The position numbers were made by a program, and so were the translations under genes. A stretch of 63,067 nt of DNA, the filler included, from Pirum gemmata (taxonomy: Eukaryota): NCBI GenBank assembly GCA_002812295.1. It is 25 parts of 25 records of this genome, joined end to end, with 100 filler letters (N's around TTAATTAATTAA, not from the genome) between each part and the next. Parts side by side here need not be neighbours in the genome. Positions count along the whole stretch, not along the records: positions 11,459 to 13,686 come from PDIN01007709.1; positions 13,787 to 16,014 come from PDIN01007710.1; positions 16,115 to 18,319 come from PDIN01007711.1; positions 18,420 to 20,597 come from PDIN01007712.1; positions 20,698 to 22,899 come from PDIN01007713.1; positions 23,000 to 25,226 come from PDIN01007714.1; 19 more parts are not named here. One strand, given 5' to 3'. The notes under the pieces are model-generated. The model made no database searches. It was not told where the DNA came from and worked only from the letters and a program-made list of their open reading frames with translations. Shown here piece by piece: positions 12,333-23,420 of the stretch (position 1 is its first letter; every line of letters starts with the position of its first letter).

Positions 12333-13544
12333 GTTATTATTATTGTTATTATTATTGATATTATTATTATTGTTATTCTTATAAATATTATTATTATTGT
12401 TATTCTTATTAATATTATAATTATTGTTATTATTATTATTATTAGTATTGTTATTATTATACATACGTACACACATGTACCGTTACAATATCACGCCCAT
12501 GAAAATTTCAAAAGAAAAAAAAAATCCACGTACCAGGTACGAGGTATCCCATCCCACAAATGCCCTAAATTTACTGGGTAAAGACTTTGAGGCTTTGGCC
12601 CACCATACAACCATACAACCATACAGCCCTAACCCTAACCCTAACCCTATAACCATAACCAAGTCGTTTAGAGGTCGTTTAAACTTTAGACCACTTGTAA
12701 GGGCTGTCAAATACTGTTGTCCAATAACTGTAAACTTAAATTCACTATTAACCAATAATATATTTATAAGAAATCAGTTTGAATGTATGGAATGCTTTGG
12801 TATGTATGGAATCTGACAAACTATCTGTCAGTATCTGGCGACTATCAGATTCTGTATAATCAATCTGTCTGTGCCACTCTGTGGGGTCCAGCATGGTCCA
12901 GCAGTGGTTCAGCAGGTTCAGCTGGGGAACCAGTTTTTTTTTTTTGGGGGGGGTAGCTACTAGCCACTAGCCAGTAGTTCTCTCTAGCTAGCTAGAGTAT
13001 AATATTAATATGTCTGTACCTAATAATAATTATGATAGTTTACCAGTAGAGAATCTTGTGTACTACTAGTCTACTAGCTAGCTACTACCTAACTAGCTGA
13101 GACTCTACTAATATACTAATACACATCGATATATCGTATGAATGATATGATGGACAAATTATATTATAATGCTATCATAATGATGGTATACGAAGTTCAT
13201 CAAGTGCAGTGCAATGAGTTCATCTGTTCGGTCCTAGAATATAGTCTATTTGTAAAAAAAAATCACCCGTACTTCACGGTCTTCACCAGACTTGGCCATA
13301 TTAGTACGTATGATAGTAACCTAGTGATAGTACCATGTTACTAGCCATATTATTTTATCATATCAAATAAATTGTTTGATATAGAATATTTTTTTTTTTA
13401 AAAAAAAAACATTTCATTAAAATTTGAGCTTTTTTTAATTGGATTAGGTTTACAAAAATTATTATTGTTGTTCCTTTTTTAGCCTTTATTAATTTTTTTT
13501 GCTTTTTCCTTGAATTATCACTGAATTATCTCCGTTATTTTTTT

Positions 13545-13601
<57 letters not shown>

Positions 13602-13999
13602 TGCATCTGCAATGTTAAATGTGCAATGTTACTACTACCTACCAAAGTAATTAGTCAATGTTTATGGGTCATTTTGATTTACCGGTNNNNNNNNNNNNNN
13701 NNNNNNNNNNNNNNNNNNNNNNNNNNNNNNTTAATTAATTAANNNNNNNNNNNNNNNNNNNNNNNNNNNNNNNNNNNNNNNNNNNNCATCACAGCTAACA
13801 AGCATGCAGGGTCTCTTCACTGAATAAGATATGTTTCCTGGCATATTGGATCCTCATTGGCTGGGACTCCGAACTTTAGAGACTCGGTCTGGCACGAACT
13901 GGCCAGCTCCGGTCATACATATTATCGAGTCTATATCTCGAGTATTTATATAACGAACCGAACTCGGCTCGAGGATACTTCGAGCCGCCGGACGACATT

Positions 14000-14199
14000 A
14001 TTGTATTTAGTTCGTCCTTTACTAGTACTACTACCACCACCACCACTACTACTACCACCACTACTACTACCACTCCCCCCTCCACTACCACTACCACTAC
14101 TACTAGCTTTATTTTCCTCTTTAGGACATATAGTGGTATAGTGGAAATCATTTGGGCATAGTTTATTTGAACAAATGTATTTAGTTCGTCCTTTACTAG

Positions 14200-14247
<48 letters not shown>

Positions 14248-14731
14248 CAAGCTACTACCACCACTACTACTACTAGCTCTACCTTCCTGTTGTGGTTGTT
14301 TATCTTTAGGGCACTTAGCGTTATAGTGAAAATCATTTTCGCATAGTTTATTTGAACAATTGTATTTAGTTCGTCCGTTACTAGTACTACTGTTATTACT
14401 ACTACTAGCACCAATACTACTACCACTACCACTACCACCACCACTTCTACTACTAGCTCCATTTTTCTGTTGTGGTTGTTTAACTTTAGGGCACTTAGCA
14501 TTATAGTGGAAATTATTTTCGTAAAATTTATTTGAACAATTGTATTTAGTTCGTACGTTATCAGTATTACTCTTATTCGTCCTTTACTAGTACTACTACC
14601 ACCACCACTACTACTATCACCACCCCCCTCCACCACCACTGCTAGTACTACTGTTATTCGTCCTTTACTAATACTACTGTTATTCGTCCTTTACTAGTAC
14701 TACTGTTATTCGTCCTTTACTAGTACTACTG
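14000..14731 (-). pseudogene. Frameshifted continuation of the Cys/His module array (3 more full copies and 1 truncated)
   Basis: YNCSNKFYENNFHYNAKCPK (~14550-14485), YNCSNKLCENDFHYNAKCPK (~14370-14305), YICSNKLCPNDFHYTTICPK (~14185-14120), then KGRTKYN cut at ~14000. A non-triplet 26-bp tandem (x4, ~14646-14750) and another frameshift break the frame. Confidence 0.65.
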
Positions 14732-16012
14732 TTATTCGTCCTTTACTAGTACTACTACCACTACCAATACTACTACCACTACCCCCACCACCACTACTAC
14801 CACTACTACTACTAGCTTTAGTTTCCTCTTTAGGATATAATATAATATTATAGTACTAGTACTAGTGGTATAGTGGAAATCATTTGGGCATAATTTATTT
14901 GAACAATTGTATTTAGTTCGTCCTTTACTAATACTACTATCACCACTACTACTACTACCCCTACCACTACTACTACTACTAGCTCTACTTTTCTGTTGTG
15001 GTTGTTTATCTTTAGGGCACTTAGCGTTATAGTGGAAATCATTTTCGCATAATTTATTTGAACAATTGTATTTAGTTCGTCCGTTACTAGCACTACTGTT
15101 ATTACTACTACTAGCATTACCACTACTACTATCACCACTGCTACTAATAGCTCCATTTTCCTGTTGTGGTTGTTTATCTTTTGGGCATTTAGCGGTATAG
15201 TGGAAATCATATTCGCATAATTTATTTGAACAAGTGTATTTAGTTCGTCCTTTACTACTAGTACTAGTTGTACTAAAAGGGCATTTAGCGGTATAGTGGG
15301 AATCATGTTCGCATAATTTATTTAAACAACTGTATTTAGCTCGTCCTTTACTAGTAGTACTACTGTTATTACTACTACTAGCAATGCCAGTACTACTATC
15401 ACAACCAGTACTACCAGCTCCATTTTTCTGTAGTAGTTGTTTATCTTTAGGGCATTTAACGCTATAGTGGAAATCACGTTCGCATAATTTATTTGAACAA
15501 TTGTATCTAGTTAGTCCTTTACTAGTACTACTGTTATTACTACTACTAGCCCTACTACTATTACTACTGTTACTAATACCACTACCGCTACCACTACTAC
15601 TAGCTCCATTTTCCTGTTGTTTAGGACAAGTAGCAGTATAATGAAATTGATTTTCACAAGATGAGTTTGAGCAATTGTATTTAGTTCGTCCATTACTAGT
15701 ACTACTGTTCTTACTACTACTAACCCTAGACTTAGGACAAGCAGCACTATAATGAAACATGCTTCCACGAGATGGGTTTGCGCAATTGTATTTAGTTCGT
15801 CCGTTACTAGTACTACTGTTATTACTACTACTAGCTCTACTACTATTACTACTGTTACTAACACCACTACCACTACCACTACTACTAGCTCTATTTTCCT
15901 GTTGTTTAGGACAAGCAGCAGTATAATGAAATTGATTTTCACAAGATGAGTTTGAGCAATTGTATTTAGTTCGTCCATTACTAGTACTACTGTTCTTACT
16001 ACTACTAACCCT
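14732..16012 (-). CDS. Ser-rich protein with tandem C-x4-C-x4-H-x4-C modules; 5' truncated
   Basis: The frame is open from the scaffold edge, upstream of the ORF-track start. Eight copies of GRTKYNCSNKLCENDFHYxAKCPK-like units are separated by poly-S/G linkers. Copy 2 has C>R, and copy 8 is frameshifted by a net 23-bp insertion at ~14836-14863. Confidence 0.6.
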   Translation of the reverse strand, partial: RVSSSKNSSTSNGRTKYNCSNSSCENQFHYTAACPKQQENRASSSGSGSGVSNSSNSSRASSSNNSSTSNGRTKYNCANPSRGSMFHYSAACPKSRVSSSKNSSTSNGRTKYNCSNSSCENQFHYTATCPKQQENGASSSGSGSGISNSSNSSRASSSNNSSTSKGLTRYNCSNKLCERDFHYSVKCPKDKQLLQKNGAGSTGCDSSTGIASSSNNSSTTSKGRAKYSCLNKLCEHDSHYTAKCPFSTTSTSSKGRTKYTCSNKLCEYDFHYTAKCPKDKQPQQENGAISSSGDSSSGNASSSNNSSASNGRTKYNCSNKLCENDFHYNAKCPKDKQPQQKSRASSSSSGRGSSSSGDSSISKGRTKYNCSNKLCPNDFHYTTSTSTIILYYILKRKLKLVVVVVVVVVGVVVVVLVVVVVLVKDE

Positions 16013-16524
16013 AGNNNNNNNNNNNNNNNNNNNNNNNNNNNNNNNNNNNNNNNNNNNNTTAATTAATTAANNNNNNNNNNNNNNNNNNNNNNNNNNNNNN
16101 NNNNNNNNNNNNNNAAAAAAAAAAAAAAAAAAAATAAAATAAAAAAAAAGGTCATTTTTTAGTCATTGAAGAGCTCACTGAAGGACTAAATCAATGACAA
16201 AACAACTAAACACTTTTTTCTAGACACTTTTTTTTACTCTTTTTTAGTAGTTTTTTAGTCTACTCTTTTTTTCAGACTCTTTTTTTACTCTTTTTTTACA
16301 GTCTTTTTATCAATACTTTTTACAGTCGACTTTTTTTTACTCTCTTTTTACACTCTTTTTTAAAACTCTCTTTTTTTAGTCTACTTTTACACATTTTTTT
16401 TTAAAACTCAAATATTTCTTTATTTGTTTCTATATATGTATAATTTTGTACCAAAAAATGGGCTATTTGTTTTTTCAACAACAAAAAAAAAATTCTCGAC
16501 TTTTTTCAAATACTTAAAAAACAC

Positions 16525-16652
16525 TTCAAAACTGAAATAAACACCCCAAATTATAATTATTATAACATTGTTAATTAATTTGGTATTTTATAAGTAATAT
16601 TGAATTTTACACATAGGTTCAGTTATACACCTAAAAAATACCAAATTAAATG
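16525..16652 (+). repeat. Dispersed repeat family D, ~130-150 bp (also ~38500-38656 +, 50415-50560 -, 52090-52212 +, 54173-54322 -, 54470-54613 +, 54673-54816 +)
   Basis: Consensus ctgaaataaa..accaaattat..acatgttttaattaatttggtat..aagttca.ttatacac..accaaattaaagattgag on four scaffolds. Confidence 0.85.
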
Positions 16653-16844
16653 TTAAAACGGATGATTTTTTTTTTAATCTGCTTCAAACATACTAATCTA
16701 TTCAAACACAAATTTAAATGGCAGTACTAGTCTTCTCGATAAAAGTATTCTAGCTAACTTCTAGCTAGCTAGATATAAATCACGATAGTATATTTAGATA
16801 CATAGATAACAAAAACGAAATGACAAAGCTGATCTTGTTTTACA

Positions 16845-17120
16845 ATATTAAAATATAACGGACAACAATTTTTAAAATACTACAACAAGCAAACCCAAAA
16901 TTACTAGGTTTAATAATTGTTTAATACTATTTAGACGAACAACTCAATTACCACTTAGTACCACCTAACGCAAATAATAGGCAATCTACGCTTTCTTTTT
17001 AGTCTGAAAGACTTCTGAAAGGAACGTTAACTGACTGGGGATCTAATGCAGTTAGTCCATAATAAGATTGATAACATTTTGATAACAGACTACTCAGGTA
17101 TGACTCCAAAAGATATTATT
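16845..17120 (+). mobile_element. Possible highly degenerate retroelement/Polinton-type integrase relic
   Basis: Fragments across frames, ILKYNGQQF ... HLVPPNAN ... ERLLKGTLTDW ... LMQLVHNKIDNILITDYSGMTPKDI, resemble the rve core order (DNG.QF, P..N..ER, W...L....N....G.TP). Contains stops and frameshifts. Confidence 0.3.
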
Positions 17121-17745
17121 ATATATAATTAGAAATAACATATATACAAAACAAGGCAATGCGCTTGATAGCAGAAGTAAGTCAAATTAACAGAATAAAA
17201 ATAGAAGACCTACTACAACTAGCCAACATACACTCACTCCAGATGATTCACAACTACCTCCAACAAGCAATACCCCACAATGAAATAATATCACCACAAT
17301 GGCACCAGTAGAAGCTTGAAAGAAGGAATTTCTTATGATAAAAGTTGCAACAAACCAACACTAAATGGCATCTTTTAAAATAAATGAATCAAAAGATTTT
17401 GAAAAACAAAGAAGAAAAAAAAAATTAATACAACATTCATGGGTGTGAAATGAAAAAAAGAAATAAAAGTTGCAACAAACCAACACAATGTCATCTTGTC
17501 TGATTCACAGTCTGAATCAAAAGATTTTGAAAAACAAACATGGGTGTGAAATGAAAAAAAGAAATGAATGTAAAACTTAATGACGTCAATATTTCTTCTA
17601 ACAACAAATATGTACAATTAAATTCGAAAGAAGGGGTGCTAGATCCCCGGTCGATACTGGAGGGACACCCTACGATCTGACCAGGCCTCTTATCTGGAGC
17701 ACCCTGGAGTACCCAAAACAGGTAGTCTAGTCTCAGAAAATAGGA

Positions 17746-17882
17746 AAATATACAATAAAAGAGTACCAAATTCATTTCATTTAATTTGGTATATTTTATC
17801 ATATATTTATTCATTTAATAATATTAGTTTAAAAATATTATAACCAGCCAAATAAATATTCGGAGTGACAAAATAAATGAAA
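17746..17882 (+). repeat. Dispersed repeat family C (also 20698-20827, 38016-38165, 48855-48939)
   Basis: Blocks catttcatttaatttggtatattttat and ccaaataaatatt.ggagtgacaaaataaa; copies on four scaffolds, the last truncated by a scaffold end. Confidence 0.85.
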
Positions 17883-18450
17883 TGCACAATGTAAAGATGT
17901 AAATAAAAATAATAATAATTTATCGATAATAATAATCATATAGACTAGACCTATTAGGGGGGTCTAGCTAGAGATCATAGTCTAAATAAGAAAACCCTAA
18001 TCCTCAACTGATTATCCTATTATCTACTATCGCACATTTTTTTTTTTGCAAACATAGAATCTATAGAATCGTACATTAGTCTATAATTATATTATATCTA
18101 GTTATATATCGATAAAAATATATTATTATTAATAATATAATATTATGATACATAACCATAATTTTTTTAATAAATTAAAATATCATTATAATATATAATA
18201 GAAGTATAGTTTACTAATGTTTATCACATTGAATAATTATAACATTGAATAATTATAAATCAATTTTGATTTTAATACAATATTACCGTAAATAATACAA
18301 TAGTAATTATACTTATTATNNNNNNNNNNNNNNNNNNNNNNNNNNNNNNNNNNNNNNNNNNNNTTAATTAATTAANNNNNNNNNNNNNNNNNNNNNNNNN
18401 NNNNNNNNNNNNNNNNNNNTAATAATAAAAATAATAATAATAACGACAAG

Positions 18451-19280
18451 ATGGATATCGGTCATCTGCTGATTTACAATCATAGTTATACAACAAGTTC
18501 TGTGGAGTTGACAAAACTAATTTCGAAAGATATAATATATCGTAGAATTTTTCAAGTTTTCCGTGGAGGTGGAGTTTTACAATATGTAAGGGATGAGCAC
18601 AAAAACATTACAGCAATTAATTGTAACCAATGCAATGCTTCCCATATTGACAATTTCGAACCTATTTTTAACTCATGTTATAATGTAGTGACAGGTTGCC
18701 TCACTAAAACCAAACAAAGAAAAAGGAACAAAATGATGATGACTTTGAAAGAAGCAAAATATGCACAGAAAAAGAAGAAGGTTGCAGAAAAAGAAGGTTA
18801 CAGAAAAAGAAGAAGGTTACTACGAATAATAATAGTGTGCGTAATAATGAAAAACCTGAATCCGTTAAGTATTATGATCGGGAGTTGAAGCTTTTGAAAG
18901 TAAACCATTCATGTAAAACTAAAGAGGGTCGCAAGGTGATGTTGGGAAAGGACATACTTTTGAAGGAACAAGGAATGTTATGGGTATTACGAGCTATAAT
19001 CTTATTTGTAACAAGAGAAAAGAACAGCTTCAAGATATACTAATTCAACAATTAACCAAACAAGAATCTGATAGCTTATTTGATTTTGGTGAAAATTTTG
19101 ATTTTTTTATGGTATGACATGCATACTGATATTACCAATGATCAAGATCGTGATGATGGTGATGGTGATGGTAGTAGTAATGGTGATGGTAATGGTGATG
19201 GTGATGGTAATAGTGATGGTGATGGTGATGGTAATAGTTATGAAGATGGTGATGGTGATGATGGTGACGGTGATGGTGAT
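18451..19280 (+). pseudogene. Broken coding-like region of unknown family
   Basis: Overlapping ORF pieces in alternating frames (..AINCNQCNASH..; ..KYYDRELKLLKVNHSCKTKEG..; ..EQLQDILIQQLTKQESDSLF..), followed by a GD-rich tract. Confidence 0.35.
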
Positions 19281-19287
19281 TGATGTC

Positions 19288-19649
19288 GGTGGTGGTGGTG
19301 GTTTAGGTGGTGGTTTAGGTGGTTTAGGTGGTTAGGTGGTTTAGGTGGTTTAGGTGGTTTAGGTGGTGGTTTAGGTGGTGGTTTAGGTGGTTTAGGTGGT
19401 GGTTTAGGTGGTTTAGGTGGTGGTTTAGGTGGTTTAGGTGTGGTTTAGGTGGTTTAGGTGGTGGTTTAGGTGGTTTAGGTGGTGGTTTAGGTGGTGGTGG
19501 TGGTTTAGGTGGTGGTAGGTGGTGGTTTGGGTGGTGGTTTAGGTGGTGGTGGTTTAGGTGGTGGTTTAGGTGGTGGTTTAGGTGGTGGTTTAGGTGGTTT
19601 AGGTGGTTTAGGTGGTGGTGGTTTAGGTGGTGGTGGTTTAGGTGGTGGT
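19288..19649 (+). repeat. (GGT)n/GGTTTA minisatellite
   Basis: Units ggtttaggt and ggtggtttaggt with extreme G/T strand skew. Confidence 0.95.
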
Positions 19650-20977
19650 CGAATACTATCATATCAGTCTAACCGATATATGTCATGTATAATATCATAA
19701 ATGTATGATATCGATAATAGTCTATGATATGATATATGATATCATATAAAATACCATGATAATAAAATTATGATAATATTATTATTATAATATCATATTA
19801 TCAGAATGTCTGCAGATTATTGTAGAATTTGGAATAAACGCTGACCAAGAGTATAAACTGAGATGGTTTCCAGGTTTAGTTTTTTTTTCGAGACAATTGT
19901 CTTTTCATTCCTCGCAAATATATAGACTAGTCGGGAGTCTATCGGGTCACTCGGGTGTAGTAAATACGGCTAGGTAAATACGGTGTAATAAATATCTAGA
20001 CTAGTCTATATAAAAATATTAGCCTCCAAGTTTTTTTGTTACAAAAATTGGTTAATTTGGTATATTGAATGTTAACTAAACGATACCCAAATAATACAAA
20101 AATTAATCAAAAGTGGGTCTTTTACGTTTAATTGCACTCTTGAACTAGTCTAGCTAGACTTTCATGTGGACTCTGTCTAGCGAGTAGCTCTAGCTAGACT
20201 CTAGCTAACTAGTAGTCTACCGTCTACAGTAAACTAGACTAGCTAGTTTGCTATCTAGTCTACTCAGTTGCACCAAAAATCCCTCAGTTTTCTAACAAAG
20301 AGTTGTCAGAACTGTTCGTTGTCAGCCGTTCTTACTTGTCAGTCCCTTTTTCGTTTTTTCTTGAACTGCTTCCCAGGGAAGTTGGGACACGAAAAAAAAA
20401 AAAGAGGCACATTTCCCGGTGAGCAGCAGGGACGAGAAAATGACCTGACAAAAAAAGCGCAGGCTTGTATATTCCTATATATTTTACTAAATAAATAAAA
20501 AATAACTCCGGAAGATTCCGGAAGATTTCAACCCAAAATGGAAAAAATTTAGGGTTTTTTTCTTTCTTTTTTTTTTTTTTTTCTTTTTTTTTTTTTTNNN
20601 NNNNNNNNNNNNNNNNNNNNNNNNNNNNNNNNNNNNNNNNNTTAATTAATTAANNNNNNNNNNNNNNNNNNNNNNNNNNNNNNNNNNNNNNNNNNNNACA
20701 ATATAAATCCATTTCATTTAATTTTTGGTATATTTTATTATCCATTTATTCATTTAACAATATCAATTAAAAAATTATATCCAACCAAATGAATATTTGG
20801 AATTTCGGAGTAATAAAATAAATGAAATTCGAAACTTTTAAAATTAAAAATTTTGGGTAATGATAGCTGGGCTACCCTCTCTGCAGTGCTAGCTAGCTAG
20901 GCTAGTATGTAGCTAGCTAGGATGTAGCTACTTTAGCTAGCTACTATCTGATACTATCTGATAACTAGCTACAGTAG

Positions 20978-21585
20978 GGGAGCGTTCAATAAGGACGTCC
21001 TCCATTTTAGAGGGTTCGCTAGGAAGGGTTCGACTACCTATATACCCCCTGGGTCACTTTTCGACTTTTCGTCATTTTGAGATTTTCCTACCTACCCGGA
21101 ACTCGACCTGGGGACGTCATTTTTGAAAAATAGCACCCTCAGAGGTCTAACTAAATAATAAAGGCTCTAAAAAATGTGTAAATTAAAGTAAGTGTAAAGT
21201 TGTAAACAGTGTGTAAAAATAGCAGAAAAAAAATTTATTTCCAAAAAAAAAAAAAAAAAGGGGGTCTAAAAAAAAAAAAAAAAAAAAATAAATTCAAAAA
21301 AAAAAAAAAAAAAGGGGGTCCAAAAAAAAAAATAATAAATGGCAAATTTTACCATGCTCTAAATGTATTTACTATGCCCTAAATATAATAAAAAGAGCTT
21401 AAGGCATGTATGAGGCATGCCTTTTAAAAATGACGTCCTCTCCAGAAAATACTATCTCGATAGTAATACTACCCACCCTACTATAATTAAAAATTATTAA
21501 AATCGGTCATAAATTTCATAATTTGTCACGAAATTCCAATATTACCTACGTACCCATTCGGAGGACGTCCTTTTTGAACGCTCCC
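20978..21585. mobile_element. 608-bp MITE with 26-bp TIRs and a 3-bp TAG target-site duplication (PIF/Harbinger-like)
   Basis: Left TIR gggagcgttcaataaggacgtcctcc; right TIR ggaggacgtcctttttgaacgctccc (1 mismatch). TAG at 20975-20977 and 21586-21588. Inner inverted pair gacgtcattttt.aaaa at ~21113 and ~21437. No ORF. Confidence 0.9.
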
Positions 21586-22095
21586 TAGCTAGCTAGCTAG
21601 CTAGCTAGCTGCTAGAGGTAGAGATAGTAGCTTTCTTTTGATGGAAGTTTTTCCAAAAAATGAAGTTTTTAGCGATATTTGGCACTCATAAATTCTAATT
21701 AGGATGTTTCGTGTCGTTATTCTGAGGTAGTGAGGCTCCCAATGAACGAGTGCTGGTGTGTGTACTCAGGTCTGGAGACTGGAGTCGGACTCTGCAGTGA
21801 GTCTGCACCCTGGAGAGTCGAGACTGGAGACTGGAGCGTTAGAGTCTGGACTCCCTACTACTAATAAGCTATGATAGCTAGCTAGCTAGCTAGCTAGCTA
21901 GCTAGCTATCATAGTATCATATACTACTACTACTATCATACTAAAAACCTATGATAACTAGTCTAAGAGCTAGCTAGAGCTACTAGCTAGTCTAGCTAGC
22001 TAGCTAGTTATGATACTCTCTACTATGATAGTTATTTATAATATGTATATCATAGCTATCTGATGGTACCCTTATTTTGATTACGGTAGACATAC

Positions 22096-22238
22096 TAAGA
22101 GGACGTCACTTATTCTTTGATAGAAGTCATTGTGCGAAAGTGTGACTTTAACTGTTTTAGGTAGTAATTAATGAACTTTATATTAAAAAATTATCGCCAA
22201 AAGTGTTTTGGACAAAGAGGCATAGGTAAGATTAGGAG
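22096..22238 (+). mobile_element. Dispersed MITE-like repeat (inverted copy at 31084-31242)
   Basis: Shared cttattctttgatagaagtcattg..aaagtgtgactt..gtgttttggacaaagag.cataggtaagattagg. The 31242 end reads gggaacattcataaaggacgt on the minus strand, similar to the TIR of the 20978 MITE. Confidence 0.75.
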
Positions 22239-22661
22239 GGTCTAGTAGCTAGCAGCTCTAGCTAGCTAGTACTAGCTAGCAGTCTATTGTTTCAAAAAAC
22301 TGTTTCTAGCTAGCTACTATCAATCATATTATATATACTGGCTACACTCTAGCTAGCTAGTAGCTACTAGTAGCTAGCTAGCTAGTAGTAGCTAGCCAGT
22401 CTACTACTAGCTAGCTAGACACTACCAGTTTCACTATCATACTTTTTCAAGCTGGCTCAGGCTATGTAGACTATCAATTAATAAAACTATCTCCAGCTTG
22501 GCTCTCTACTATTATAAAACTATCATAGTAGTTAGTACTGCTACAGAGTAGTTTCTGTGATAAATAAAGTAGAGGGTTTATCGATATGATATGATAGTAG
22601 ACTAGCTAGCTAGCTAGCTCTAGCTAGTAGTCACAGTAGTGCTAGCTAGCTAGCCGCAGCT

Positions 22662-22713
<52 letters not shown>

Positions 22714-23278
22714 TTCTTTTTATAGTTTTATAAATATTAGACTACTATTGATAGAAGTAGCTAGCTAGCGTTGTAGTAGAGAGTTATGATAGGTAACAAA
22801 AAAATATATAGGTCTATAAGTAACTGGTCTATATATTTTTAGTATAAATACTATTGATATAGCTAGCTAGCTAGATATATAAATACCAGCTACAGTTATN
22901 NNNNNNNNNNNNNNNNNNNNNNNNNNNNNNNNNNNNNNNNNNNTTAATTAATTAANNNNNNNNNNNNNNNNNNNNNNNNNNNNNNNNNNNNNNNNNNNNT
23001 TTAGAATTTTAATTTGGGGGTTTTTTTTTTAATGGGTTTTAACAAGGGTAATATTTACGTTTGGTATTTTTTTATTTTTATAAATAATTACAAATAAAAA
23101 ATGAAGGTGTTTTATTTTTCTCAAATACATAGTATATATTATATTTAAGCAGCGATTCACTGATTAATTTTCTTTTTTTTCTTTCTTTCAAAAATGGTCC
23201 GCCATAGGATTTAAAACAAATTGTAAATTATTGTATAGATTATTATAAATTATTATAGATTATTATAAATTATCATAA

Positions 23279-23323
<45 letters not shown>

Positions 23324-23420
23324 TATTATTTATTTATTTATTTTATTATGATGTGATCATATTATAATAATGAAAATTAAAAAAATTGTTAATTTTAAAA
23401 CAATTAAATTAACCATTAAA

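Noticed and set aside
13190..13300. Possible first exons MAKSGEDRE|DRTDELIALHLMNF on the minus strand
   Set aside because: Too short to distinguish from chance.
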